From assembly GCA_025558095.1 (NCBI GenBank), contig JAIVFI010000030.1, forward strand, positions 496,001 to 560,000: 64,000 nt of DNA, given 5' to 3'. Below are positions 1-12,329 of the stretch, piece by piece. The notes under the pieces are model-generated. The model searched no databases, was not told the origin of the DNA, and saw nothing but the letters and a program-made list of their open reading frames with translations. Numbering within the stretch: position 1 is the first letter of the stretch; the number at the start of each line of letters is the position of its first letter. The translations under genes were made by a program, and so were the position numbers. The DNA is from Hyaloraphidium curvatum SAG 235-1 (taxonomy: Eukaryota > Fungi > Monoblepharomycota).

Positions 1-769
1 TGATTCGTGGGGCGTTGGGTTGGGGGACGTAGACCTCCGTCCCGTTCTTGACCCCGAAAGTGCCCGTCGCGGGGTCTACGAGATGAATCGAGCGAATTCC
101 CCGGAGTTGGCCAACATCAACCCTTCCCCCGTTGATGGCCGCCGGCCAATCGACGAACCGCACAGTCCAGCTGGTTGTCGTTGCGTTCACGACCTCGACG
201 AGCGACGACATGGGCCAGCGGTCGAAATCCCAGTCCATCGTGAAGCGGCCGACGAACGCCCGGTCGACGTGGTCGATGGCAAACAGGGCGCGGCGATAGA
301 TGAGCGTCCGCCTCTCCGGTTCGTAGAGCGGGTCCGGCGAACAGGTCCAATCGCCCCATCCCGAGAGGATGGATGTCCAGTTGGGCCTGGTGAAGAGCAG
401 CCGCGAATCGGCGCCATCGAACACAAAGTCCGTCAGGTTGGCAACCAGGAGAGCCGAATACATCGTGCCGCCGCCGAATTTGTAGGTCGGGCCGCCGCCC
501 GTGCCGCGGTTGCGGAAGGTCACGTAGCAGGGCCGCCCTGGGTCGCACGCCCGCACGCCGTCCATGAAGGCGTCCGTGTTGTCGTCGGCTGCGGGCGACA
601 CGCCGAAGTCCTCAAGGAACACGAGCGTGGCGTTGTCCGTGCGGGGCAGGGCGACGTCGACCGAGAACCAGGGCGAGGTCGCCCCGCGGGCTACTCTCTG
701 CCCCGCCGCCGTCCCGGACGCCGCCACGAGCAGCGCCGCTGCGGCGAGCGCTACTTGGAGAGCCCGCAT
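1..769 (-). CDS. Secreted parallel beta-helix (pectin lyase-like, GH110-like) protein, runs off window edge
   Basis: Hand-translated, absent from ORF track: MRALQVALAAAALLVAASGTAAG signal peptide, then LEDFGVSPAADDNTDAF, FDGADSRLLF, FTMDWDFDRWPMSSLVEVV, typical of beta-helix glycosidase N-termini; open to position 1, no introns seen. Confidence 0.6.
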   Translation of the reverse strand, partial: MRALQVALAAAALLVAASGTAAGQRVARGATSPWFSVDVALPRTDNATLVFLEDFGVSPAADDNTDAFMDGVRACDPGRPCYVTFRNRGTGGGPTYKFGGGTMYSALLVANLTDFVFDGADSRLLFTRPNWTSILSGWGDWTCSPDPLYEPERRTLIYRRALFAIDHVDRAFVGRFTMDWDFDRWPMSSLVEVVNATTTSWTVRFVDWPAAINGGRVDVGQLRGIRSIHLVDPATGTFGVKNGTEVYVPQPNAPRI

Positions 770-1240
770 CGTGGGTGCCGGCCCCGAATGAATCCCGATG
801 CGGTCCGAAAAGAAGGGTGCCGTTGCGCGGCGGCGGGGCGCAGCAATGAGTGCGGGCCGATCCCCCTGACCCAAAACAGCGAGCCGCGTCCCATTCTCCT
901 CCATCAGGAGCGGACAAACTTGCTTGGTGACTGGATACTACTGTTGCGATAGGCTGATTTTCCGTGGGACCGTGAGGCTGGATTTTCGAAGATGGCAGCG
1001 GCGTAGGACGGACCGTCAAGCTTGCACCTCGGTACTCAGAGGACTCAGACGGGCCAAAAGATAATCGTGCCGGGTGAACTGAAGGTAGAATCAGTATTTC
1101 GCATTGTGCGTTTGGCTCCGGCCACGCGTCAGAATCGTGGGCCAAGCTTCGACGCGGCTCATCCGTCTCCCACGTCAAGCACAGACGCCCCGTCCACCAC
1201 TTCCCACCTCTCCATCGCTCACCGCGGACCGTTCGAAACC

Positions 1241-2518
1241 ATGTCTTCCGCCCCGAAGCTCCCGAAGCGCAAGTTCGGAAACTCTGGCGAAGATGTGTCT
1301 GTCATCGGTGGGACGCGTCGAATGCGTCGGCACTTCATCGGCGCCAACACGAAGCTCCTCTATGCCACCACAGGGCTTGGCTGCATGGGCATGAGCCAGG
1401 CGTTTGGTACGGCACGCGTTCCGGGCGCCCTCGTTCCCGGTTGACGCGTTTGCTTGGCCCTCCTCGCCTCACGCCTCTCAAGGAACCGAGGTCAGCGACG
1501 AGGTCGGCGCCGAGCTCATTGCCCACGCACTCGATCTGGGCTCTTCCTTTCTTGATACCGCAAACGTTTATGGTGCCGGCGCAAACGAGATCCTCGTCGG
1601 CAAGGCCATCGCCAAGCTGGGCCGGGACAAGTTCTTCCTGGCCACCAAGTTTGGCATCCAGCGCGACCCCGTGACCAAGGCCATGTCGGTGTGCGGAAAG
1701 CCCGAATACGTCAAGGAGTGCTGCGAAGCCAGCCTGAAGAGGCTCGGCGTGGACACCATCGACCTCTACTACCTGCACCGCGTGGACCCGAACACGCCGA
1801 TCGAGGAGACCGTCAAGGCCATGGCCGAGCTCGTCAAGGAGGGCAAAGTGCGGTACCTCGGGCTCAGCGAGGCCGCGGCCAGCACCATCAGGAGGGCGCA
1901 CGCCGTGCACCCGATCACGGCGGTGCAGTCCGAGTACTCCATGTTCTGCCTGGACCCCGAGAACAACGGCGTGCTGGACACCTGCAAGGAGCTCGGGGTC
2001 GCGTTCGTGCCCTTCAGCCCCGTTGGGCGGGGGTTCCTGACTGGGGAGGTCAGGAGCTTCGACCAGCTTTCGGCCAGTGGGTATTCTTCGGCATTCCACT
2101 CCGATCCGCGCAAGCGACCTTCACCCCCGCGTCTGCAGACGACTTCCGGCGCTCCCTCCCCCGCTTCAACATCCCCGAAAACTTCCGGGCCAACCTCGCC
2201 CTCGTCGACGTCGTCGTCGAGCTGGCCAAGGCCAAAGGCGTCACGGCATCGCAACTCGCTCTGGCGTGGCTGCTGACCCGCGGCGAAAACATCTTCCCAA
2301 TCCCCGGGACGACCAAGATGCACCGGCTCGACGAGAACTTTGGCGCCGCGGCGGTGAAGCTGACGCAGGAGGACCTGGACAGGATCGGGGAGAAGCTCAA
2401 GACGTTCACGCCGCAGGGGAATAGGTACAGGTTGGTTCTGCCGCTCTCGAACGGCCCGGACTGGTTCTCATCGGGTCCTGCCGGCAGCGATGAGGGCATG
2501 AAGGCCATCAACCTTTAG
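1241..2518 (+). CDS. Aldo/keto reductase (YakC/AKR13-like), spliced
   Basis: Spliced [62 protein letters not shown]; about 4 short GT-AG introns; TAG 2516-2518. Confidence 0.92.
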
Positions 2519-2685
2519 GGCTGGATGTGGATTGGGGAAGGGACATGGGGCCTTCGAGCATATGGACACGACGTCCCGCGGGGTAATTCCCAAAAATTCC
2601 TTCTCCTGGAGCACGACGACGACTACGCACTCACTCCTTGATAACATGCAAAACTAGACATGCTGCACCGATAAGCCCTTCGGAA

Positions 2686-3879
2686 TCACAAAGCCGTCGG
2701 CCCCATGTTTGACATCTCCGCCGTCTTCTTGAGCCTCCTCGTCACCTCCCAGAACCTGTCCTCGGGCATGCTGAGCTCGATCGTCCCCGCCTCGCCGCGG
2801 TGCACCGAGAACCCCTTGACGGTCAGGTCGCCCGCGAGCACCTTGCGCAGCGCCTCCTCCGGGTCCTCGGGCGGCGGGTTCCACTGCAGGTCCCGCATCC
2901 GCACAACGACGTAGTCCCCTCCCCCGGACTCGTCCGTCCGCCGCTCGGCCCCGACGGCCGTGTCGTTCTCCACCGCCTCCCACCCGAACGAGGCGAACTG
3001 CGGCGACGTGCCCAGGGTCAGCGGCTCGCTCGAGACCACCACCACGCGGGCCAGCCCGCCCTCGTGGAGCATCTGCAGGTCCCCGGTTGCGGGATTGATA
3101 CGGATGCCGGAGCCCTTGGCGATGTAGAGGCTCGGCGCCTCGGGTAGCTGCGTCGGTGTTTCGGCGGCGCCGCCGGACCAGCCCAGCCGGTCGCGGGTGG
3201 CGACGAAGGAGACGCCGTCGGTGGTGCAGAAGTTGAAGCTGCTGGCCCTGTCCTCGGGGGGGATGCCGGCGGCGGCCTGGAGGAGCATGATGCCGTCCAT
3301 GGCGTCCTGGAGGGCGCGGGCGACGACGAGGGGGGGGTTGCCGGACTTGTGCGGGTCCCCGCCGCGGAAGCGCAGGCGGCAAAGGAAGTAGGCGAAGGCG
3401 TGGGCGGTGTCGGAGGGGCGGGCGGTCAATTCGGCAAAGTCGGGCCCGACCGCTTCCGAGATGAGCTGGGCGAGCGGGCCGCCAGATTTGAATCCGCCAA
3501 GTCCTCCATTCTGTACGAACATGAAGGCGCCGAAGTGGAACGGATGGCACGAAGCCGCGAGCACGGGCAGGCCGGGCGTGGCCGCACGGACGTGCGCGAG
3601 CAGCGTGCGCGTGCGGGTGCCCCCCACCGCCGCCTCGAGGCCGGGGTCCTTCCACGAGGGCAGCGGCGACACGTACACGTGCGGCTTGCCGTCGTCGTCG
3701 AAGTAACCGAACCCGTGGCCGTCGGGATTGACGCCGTGGTTGCGCACCGAGTTGGGGCGCAGGCCGGGGGTGAAGGCGCCCTCGTCCGACGCCTGCTGCC
3801 GCAGCGAGTTGCTGGGCGCGAGGAGCACGTCCGAGACCGCGAACGGGTCGACGGAGAAGACGCAGAGCCAGCGGCACAT
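2686..3879 (-). CDS. Class II glutamine amidotransferase, Ntn-hydrolase (DUG3/EgtC-like)
   Basis: Starts MCRW (Cys2 nucleophile); NPDGHGFGY, LAHVRAAT, CHPF, FVQNG, VSSEPL motifs. Confidence 0.85.
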   Translation of the reverse strand: MCRWLCVFSVDPFAVSDVLLAPSNSLRQQASDEGAFTPGLRPNSVRNHGVNPDGHGFGYFDDDGKPHVYVSPLPSWKDPGLEAAVGGTRTRTLLAHVRAATPGLPVLAASCHPFHFGAFMFVQNGGLGGFKSGGPLAQLISEAVGPDFAELTARPSDTAHAFAYFLCRLRFRGGDPHKSGNPPLVVARALQDAMDGIMLLQAAAGIPPEDRASSFNFCTTDGVSFVATRDRLGWSGGAAETPTQLPEAPSLYIAKGSGIRINPATGDLQMLHEGGLARVVVVSSEPLTLGTSPQFASFGWEAVENDTAVGAERRTDESGGGDYVVVRMRDLQWNPPPEDPEEALRKVLAGDLTVKGFSVHRGEAGTIELSMPEDRFWEVTRRLKKTAEMSNMGPTAL

Positions 3880-4300
3880 GGCTCCTGGGGTGTGCGGGTG
3901 TTGTTGGGGGGCAGCTGACGACCGATCCTTGTCGGGGCTCAGCTTCCGCACGGTCAGCAACGACAGGCGCCCGTCTCCGAGGAGCCCTGCATTCAGCAAG
4001 GAGGATGCAGACTCTATTGTCAAATAGCATGAAATGCGTCTCCCGAATTGTGTAAAGATCGGAATCTCGCGTAAGAACTGTGGGCGAAGCAAGGGCAATG
4101 AGGAGCAAGTGCCGGAAATTGCCTGGGGATGGACCAACAACCGAGGTGCAGAAGCATCATTCCTTTCTTTCTGTGGAGTAGCCTGGATTCCGGCTCTGAT
4201 CTGGGCCAGGTGTCGATGGCATCACCAGCGTCGGCGCCCCCTGCCTGGGCGCGTTTCCGCACGGCCCGCCGACAAACCGCTCCCGTTCTCACTTCACACC

Positions 4301-7300
4301 ATGGCAGACTCGGACAGCGACGCGATGGACGTGGACGAGCCCTCCGCGGCGGGCCCGGCGCCGTTCTTCACGCTGCCGGCGGCGGAGGAGCGCGCGGACG
4401 CGGTGGCGCCGGCGGTGCCCGCGTTCCTGTCGCGGACGCCGAAGAAGGACGCCAACAAGGGGAAGGAGGCGCCGCAGAAGGCGGACAGCGTCGTGCAGCG
4501 TGCCGCGCCGGCGGCCGCGAACGGGCGGCCTGCCGACGGGGCGCCTGCTCCGGCCGCCTTTCCCACCGAGCCGCTGTGGGCGGCCGGCGACCGCGTGAAT
4601 CGCGAGCTCGCACAAAGGATCCTCGCCGAGCAGATGCTCCCGTCGCTCTTCGACCCCGCCGTCGCCGAGCCGCTCGCCGCCGACGGCTTCTTCGAGGCGC
4701 TGTGGGCGCTGTTTGCCGGCGGCGACAAGGACGCGCCGCTCGCCCTCCTCATCGCCGGCATGGCGTGCGAGAAGATGCGCATCGGCTCGACGCCGTGGCC
4801 GCTCATGGTCGGCGAGCCGGAGAAGCTGGCGGCGCTGTTCCGGCTCGTGGTCGCCGTGCTTTTGGACTCGGGGAAACCGCCGGCGGAACACCTGCCCGCC
4901 GTGCGGTTCCTCACCCTGGCCTACGACGCCCTGGAATTCAAGGACGTCAAGGACGAGGCCATGAAGCTGTGCACAGTGGGCATGTGGGACGGGCCCGAGG
5001 GCGTGTCGGAAAAGATGCGCGAGAGCAGGGGTGGCAAGGCGTGGCAGCGCGAGAAGCGTCGATGGGACAAGGCCGGTTGGTGTCGTGACCCGATCTGCCG
5101 TTCCTCTTCGTGTTTTGCTCACTTCTCGCATGTGCAGATCAAGCATTGCGCGCCGAGTTGGGCCCGCAGCGCCGCCTCCTCCCCTCCCTCCTCACACTCG
5201 CCCTCCGCACCGCCAACGCCTGCTCCCCCGACCCCTCCGTGCCCCTCCCGCGCGGCGCCGCCGAGCTCGCCGAGCGCCTCATCGAGCTCTTTATCTCGCT
5301 TGAGTCGCAGCTCCCCACGCGCCGGTGGTTCCACCCCCTCCTCTCGGACCGCCTCTTCCCCGAGCTCGCCGCGCGCTCCGCTCTGGCCCTCCGCCCGTCG
5401 CAGGACGCCGAGCTGTTCCGCGGGATGCTCGGCCTGCTCCGCACCTACTTCGCATTCCCCGTGGACGAATCGACGGGGCTGCCCTTCCCGCGGGGGGCGT
5501 GGCAGCGCCGCCGGTACAAGCGCCTCGAGGCGCTCCGCATGGTCGCGTTCGCCCTCGCGGACGGCGACGAGGAGCTGCGCGAGGTGGCGATGGTGGACAT
5601 CGGGTTCCTCGCGGACCCCAAGAACCTCGCCGAGATGCTAGGCAAGGTCGAGGAGGGGAAGCTGAGGGCGTTTGCGGGGCAGCTGGGTGTCAGGACCCGG
5701 ACGGACGGGATGGGGCTGGATGATTGGGCGCCCGAGGAACAGGGGTCCGCGGAGGAGCTGGTGGAGGGGAGGTTGCCGAAGGATCTGGTTGTCGAGGCGG
5801 TGGTGGCGCGGTGGTGCGGCTCCGAGGACCCCTTCGAGGGCCTGCCGCCAACGTACCCCGACGAGGTCGGTCGATCTCTCCGGCTTGCTTTTGCGCCGTC
5901 TGACGTCGTTCCCCGCTGCAGCAACTCCTCTTCCACTCGGACCTCCTCCCCGCTTCGCGCTTCCCCGGCACCCGCCCGCTCCCCATCCCCCGCATGGGCC
6001 TGCAGTTCCTCTCGCCCCGAGACCACCTCCTCCGCACCGCCCAACTGTTCCGCCTCGAGGCCGCGCACGCCGTGCGGGCTGATTTGGAGGACGCGGTGAG
6101 GCGGTGCGACCCGCACTACCGGGCCGACCTCGGCACCGTCTGGGGCGGGTGGGCGAGGATGGCGACGCGGTTGGAGGTGCTCACGGTCGTCGAGGTCGGC
6201 GAGCCGCGGATGGGGGAAACGTTGCCGGCGTACGTCAGGGCAGAGGCAAAGTACGACCTGGACGGGGTGAGGGAGGAGATCAGGCGCGAGTGGGACACGC
6301 TCCGCCTGCGGGACCCAGTGTTCCTGCTCGAGATCGAGTGCGGTCCGGCGTCCTCCTACGCGGGGGATGACGAGTTCGCGGAGAAGTACGGGATCCGGAT
6401 GGTGCGCGGCGGGGAGGTGGTCGACGTGCGCGGCGAAGAGGGGGACAAGGGCGTTGACTGGGGACGGCCCATGCTCAGCGGTACGGGCAGGACGCTGGGG
6501 ATCAACCTGGATCCGGCGGCGTACGTGGCCGACCGCGCCGCGGGCAGGGGGTACGAGAGGGTGAACCTGTTGGTGCGGAGGGATCCGAGGGGGAACAACT
6601 TCAGGAGCGTGATGGAGACGGCGCTGGGGCTGCTGGATGCGGAGGGGGTGCCGGAGTGGTTGGAGCAGGTGCTGCTTGGTGGGTCGTTGACCTCGCGCGG
6701 CTTTTCGGATTCGATACTGACCTGGTTGGATGGCAGGCTACGGAGATCCCACCTCGGCGTCGTACACGGCCGTCAAGAACGCGGTCCGCACCATCGACTT
6801 CAGGGACACCTTCATCGACTGGGACCACCTCACGTCGTGCTTCCCCGGCATGAAGGTCGTCGCCGACACGTCGAACCTGGACGCCAAGACCAAGGCCAAG
6901 CTTGGCGGCGGGCACCTCGCCCCGCCCTACGTGCTCACCTTCCCCGCCTCCATGTTCCCCAACGCCGAAGCCGGCGGCGCCGCCACTGCCGGCGCCAAGC
7001 GGCACATCGGCGCGCTGGAGGACGCGGAGCAGCCCGACGATACCATCGTCGTCCGCACCTACCGCGTGCCCAACAACGGACCGTACCCCTCGGACGTCCC
7101 GCGCCGCAACGCGGTGAGGTTCACCCCCGCGCAGGCGCGCGCGATCCACTCCGGCTCCTCCCCCGGGTTGACCCTCGTGGTCGGCCCGCCCGGCACGGGC
7201 AAGACGGACGTGGCGGTGCAGATCGTGGCCAACCTGTACCACAACAACCCCGGCGAGCACATCCTCCTCGTCGCCCACTCGAACCAGGCGCTCAACCAGC

Positions 7301-10300
7301 TGTTCGCCAAGATCGTCGCGCTGGACGTGGACCCCAAGCACCTGCTCCGCCTGGGGCACGGGCAGGAGGAGCTCGAGGTTGCGGGGGAGTGGGGCAAGTA
7401 CGGCCGCGTGGACGCCTTTCTGGCGCGGAGGGCGGAGCTGCTGGCCGTCGTCGGCCGGTGGGCCAAGGCGCTGGGCATCATGGGCGACCACGGCTCGACG
7501 TGCGAGACGGCGGGATACTTCTTCGTCTACCACGTGCTGGCCCGGTGGGAACCGTACGCGGCCAAGCTGCGGACCGGGCTTTCGAGGGAGGCGATCGAGG
7601 CCGAGTTCCCGTTCGCCGGGTTCTTCTGGGACGCCCCGCAGCCGCTGTTCCCGCCCGGGGCGGACCGCGACGACGCCGCCGAGATCGCGCTGGGGTGCTA
7701 CCGCCACATCAAGGGCGTGTTCGACGAGCTGAACGAGATACGCGCGTTCGAGCTGCTGAGGACGGGATGGGACAGGAGCAACTACCTGCTCGGTGGGTCG
7801 CGTGAACTTTGGAGCTCGGAAATCTATTTAACGCGGTTGCGCTTCCAGTCAAGGAAGCCCGCATCGTCGCCATGACCTGCACCCACGCGGCGCTCAAGCG
7901 GCGCGACCTCGTCCGCCTCGGCTTCAAGTACGAGAGCCTCATCATGGAGGAGGCCGCGCAGATCCTCGAGATCGAGACGCTGGTGCCCATGCTGCTCCAG
8001 GCGCCCGACGAGGGCGGCGCGGCGAGGCTCAAGCGCGTCGTGCTCATCGGCGACCACAACCAGCTGCCGCCGGTGGTGCAGAACCCGGCCCTGAGCCGCT
8101 ACGCCAACATGGATCAGTCCATGTTCGCCCGCCTAGTGCGGCTCGGGGTGCCCCGCGTGGAGCTGGACAGGCAGGGCAGGGCGCGCGCGGACATCGCGGA
8201 CCTGTACCGCTGGAGGTATCACGACCTCGGGGACCTGCCCGCCGTGCTGGCCAGGGAGGAGTTCTCGCTGGCCAACCCGGGCTTCTGCTTCGACTACCAG
8301 GTCGTCGACGTGCCGGACTTCCAGGGCAAGGGGGAGGACGCGCCGAGACCGTACTACTACCAGAACCTCGGCGAGGCCGAGTACGTGGTCGCCGTCTACC
8401 AGTACATGCGGCTGCTCGGGTACCCGGCGGACAAGATCGTGATCCTGACGACCTACAACGGACAGAGTGGGTCCAGCTGGTACAGTGATTGCCGCCCCGA
8501 AGCTGACCCACTTCGACAGAGGATTTGATCCAGGACGTCGTCAAGCAGAGGTGCGCCAACAATCCTCTGTTCGGGGAGCCGAGCAAGGTCACCACGGTCG
8601 ACAAGTACCAAGGGCAGCAGAACGACTGTTGGTTTCTTTGGCTGCCTTTGCGTAGGGCGCCGTCTCACTTCTTTGTTGCAGACGTGCTACTGTCCTTGGT
8701 CAGGACGCGATCCGTGGGCCACCTTCGCGACGTTCGCCGGCTCGTCGTCGCGCTGTCCAGGGCGCGCCTCGGCCTCTACATCTTCTGCCGGCCCAAGCTC
8801 TTTGCCCAGGCGCCCGAACTCGCCTCGGTGTTCCAAATGCTCATGAAGCGCCCGACCCAGCTCGCCCTCCTCCCCGTGGAGCAGTACGGCGCGGTCACGC
8901 GTCAGGTCGCGGACACGGGCATGGGCAAGGGTGCCGACAAGGGAGCCTTGTTCATCCGCGATACCGAGCACATGGGCCAGTACGCTTTCGAGGCGACCTT
9001 GGAGCGGAGGGAGTACTTCAGGAAGCTCCGGCTGGAGCGGGACGCTGCGGAAGCCAGAGCTCCGAGGATCACTCCGCCGGCACCGCGTCCCCAGATCACG
9101 CAGGCGGGCGAGCGGGATGTCGAGATGGCGGACGAGGAACAGGTTCAAGATCGGGAAGGCGACGTGGAAATCCCGGCCGCGCAGGCGGAGGAGTCGGAAC
9201 CGGCGCCCGCCGAACCCGCTACGGAAACCGTTCAACCTGCCGAACCGGAGGAGGAAGTCGAGCCGGTCGTGCAGCCGCCTGCCAAGGGAAAGCGCGGTCG
9301 CAAGGCGAAAGAGCCGGAAGTCGTGGAGGCTCCCGCCGAGGAGCCGACCGAGCCTGCACCCAAGCCCAAGCGTGGCCGCAAGGCTGCGGAACCGGAGCCT
9401 GTTGAGGAGCCGCAAGCCGAACCCGCCGAACCCACCCAGCCTAGTGAGCCTGCCGACGTGGAACTCCCGGCCGCGCAGGAGGAGGAACCGGAACCGGTGC
9501 CCTCCGAACGCGCCGCTGAAGTCGCTGAACCTGCCGAGGAGGAACCAGAGCCGGTCGCGTCGCCGCCGCCCAAGGGGAAGCGCGGTCGCAAGGCGAAGGA
9601 GCCCGAGGTCGTGGACGCGCCCGCAGAGGAACCGGTTGAGCCTGCACCAAAGCCCAAGCGCGGCCGCAAGGTTGCGGAGCCGGAGCCTGCCGAAGAGCCG
9701 CAAGCCGAACCTGCCGAGCCCGCTCAGCAAAGCGAACCAGCGAACGTCGAAGCGCCGGCGGAGGAACAAGCGGAGGCACCCAAGACCAAGCGCGGCCGCA
9801 AGGCCGCGGAACCGGCGCCCGTGGAGCCAAAGGAGGCCGAAGCTCCCGAGCCTGCGGCTAAGCCGAAACGCGGCCGCAAAGCTGTCTCGGAGGAACCCAT
9901 GGAAGTGTCGGTTGCTGGGTCCTCGAAACCCCAGAAAGGGCTCCGCGCCGCTCTCGACGATAACGGAGCAGCGCTCAAGATCCAGACATGGTGGAGATCC
10001 AAACTGGTCATCACGACGGAGAAAATCGTCATTGCGGGATCCAAGCTCGCCGAACAAGCGGAGCCGGAGCCGGAGGAGAAGCCCGCGCCGAAACGGAGGG
10101 GCAAGGGCAAGGCTCCAGCCGAGACGGCAGCGGAGGCCGAGGTAGAGGCTCCAGAAGAGCCCGAGGAGGAACCCGCTCCGAAACCTTCCAAGACCCCGGC
10201 CCGCCGCGCGCCAGCCAAGCCGCAGCCAGCCGAGGAATCGGAGGAGGACGAGCTGACGGCGGCGCCGGTGCAGTATGCCATGCCGACCTCGGGTAGGCGG

Positions 10301-10693
10301 GGCAGACGGGCGGCCAACGACGTTTCGTCGTCCGAGGACGAGATCACGGCCGCCCCTGTTCCTTCCCGCAAGCGCAAGGCGGCCGATTCCGAAGCGGAAG
10401 CGGATCACGACGAGGAAGTGGCGGGGAAGCGCAGCAGGAAGGGACCGAAAGGCGCCGGGAAGATGGAGGAGATTCCGGAGGAGGATGCGGAGGGCGAGCT
10501 CCCCGCTGCCGGGGCGTCGGGGGTCCAGCTCTCGAAGGAGGAGCTGAAGGAGCTTTTGGAGCTCAATGTCGGCAAGCTTAAGGTGGCCGAGCTGAGGGAG
10601 CACCTCGAGAAGCTCGGCCTGCCGACGGAGGGACTCAAAGCGGTGCTGGTCGCACGGCTAGAGGAAGAGATCGAAAAACGGAAGGCCGCTTGA
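4301..10693 (+). CDS. AQR: Spliceosomal intron-binding RNA helicase Aquarius (Cwf11) with long C-terminal extension
   Basis: [100 protein letters not shown]; about 6 introns. Confidence 0.95.
9161..9742 (+). repeat. Coding tandem duplication (~294 bp, ~98 aa, x2) of E/P/A-rich KRGRK units in Aquarius tail
   Basis: DVE(I/L)PAAQ...[14 protein letters not shown]...PKPKRGRK...QAEPAEP occurs twice. Confidence 0.85.
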
Positions 10694-10853
10694 AGGCATT
10701 CGGGGTTCGGGAATAGATGGTTTATTTGGACATAGATCGACCGCTTGATCTGCCACCCGCGTTCGAGGCCCGCCTGATTCCCGGCACGAGAGCAACGCCG
10801 TCCCCAATCAGGGAACTCTATCGGCGTCGTCTCACCCAAATGCCCTCCTCCGC

Positions 10854-12070
10854 TCAGTCCTTCTTTGCCCTCTTCCCGAGGAACTTGTCCAGGTGGTAGA
10901 GCAGGCCCGGCATCTTGTCGTACTGCGGTCGATCGCGTCAAACACCAAACGAGCCACGTGCTGGACAATGCCCACCGCCCTGCACTCCTCCATGTCCCTC
11001 CTGGCTTGATCCTCGGAAGCCACCTGCTCGTTGATGTAGAAGTGGAGGAAGGCCTCGGTTCCGGGGTCCTTGGTGTCCGCGGTCTTGGAGAGCTCAAAGA
11101 GAGCGTGGATCGACGCGGTGGTGGCCACCTCGAGCGCAAAGGCCGACGTGCTTTGAGCGGCGACAGAAAGATACAGGCGCAGGAAAGAATCCACGGGGCG
11201 CATTGTGATCAACGAGGTTTGGAGGGCAGAATGGGAAGTCGAGGCAAAACACGGGATCAACGATGATCAACAAAACAGCAACGTATCCGGATGGAGTCGA
11301 GGAACAATCAGCAAGTGCAAGGAAACGGAAAACACCCGAATCAACCCACAAGGCCTCGGTCGCGCTCGTCCACTCGTCCTTGGGCACCGGGAGCGACTCG
11401 ATGGCGACCTTGTCTCCGCGCTTGATGATAAAGTCCCACATTTTGGTGGCGTGGCTGCAAAGAAACGCAGGAAGGGTCAGTGCCCGCAATCCAGCGAGAA
11501 ACGGAGGGCAGCACGCCGCCGGGACGGCAAGAGCAGGGGCACGTCCGAAGCGGCAGAAACGGGTGCCTGAACCAAATCCGCCTGCCCGACCGAAGTGGAA
11601 ACAACAGCTGACTGTCGCTGTGTCCAACCAAATCCGTCACGGGTTTGCAGCGACCTGGTGGCGCTCCCGAAGCTCTAACCATGGCGTGTTTGCCACGAGG
11701 AGTGATCCCGCCCGCCAACCGCCAGCATCCGGCACATCGGCCTCCGTGGCGCCTTGCTCGCGGCCCGGCACGCGTGTCGACCCTTTTCAGAGAACTTCAC
11801 ACTCACCCCCGCTCCTCGTCACTCTGTGCCTTGAAGTAGGCCGCGATGCCCTCAAAGTTCATGTCGTCGAAGTAGTACGCCATGGCGAGGTAGGCCTGCG
11901 ACGCCGCCATCTCCTTGTTGGCATGCTCGTTGAGCGCCTTGAGCAGCGCGGGGGGGATGCGGTGGCCTGCGGGGGAAAAGGTGAGCGGCTGCAAAGTGGC
12001 GGCCGGCGCGTTGGCCGCCGGGCGCGGCGCGGGACCGACCGGTCGGCGGGTTGTCGACGTCAACGTCCAT
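10854..12070 (-). CDS. Ferritin (prokaryotic FtnA-type), 5 exons
   Basis: Spliced LNEHANKEMAASQAYLAMAYYF..QSDEERGHATKMWDF..ALEVATT..DPGTEAFLHFYINEQVASE..GLLYHLDKFL; ferroxidase residues present; long introns 11455-11806 and 11151-11349. Confidence 0.9.
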
Positions 12071-12329
12071 CGTGCCTCCGCGTTACTCGCTGAAGAAGAG
12101 GAACAGGCGCGGAGGTCGCCCGAATATGGTGCGGATTGTTGTCCGTCCGTGCCACGGTTCTGGGACCGCGGGAACCGCCAAAGCCAAATCCCCGGCCGGC
12201 GGTCGGCCGTCCGCATCCCGTGCGGAAGTGCAGGAAAGCGTGTCCAAGGCGAAGAAATTGCGCCGTTGGATGTTGCAGTACGCGACCTCGAGCTGAACTT
12301 GCAGAGGAAGCTGCGGGTAACGAGGGGAC

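Noticed and set aside
12075-12115. 8-bp hairpin just upstream of the ferritin ATG as an iron-responsive element
   Set aside because: No CAGUGH loop or bulged C; such GC stems are common at this composition
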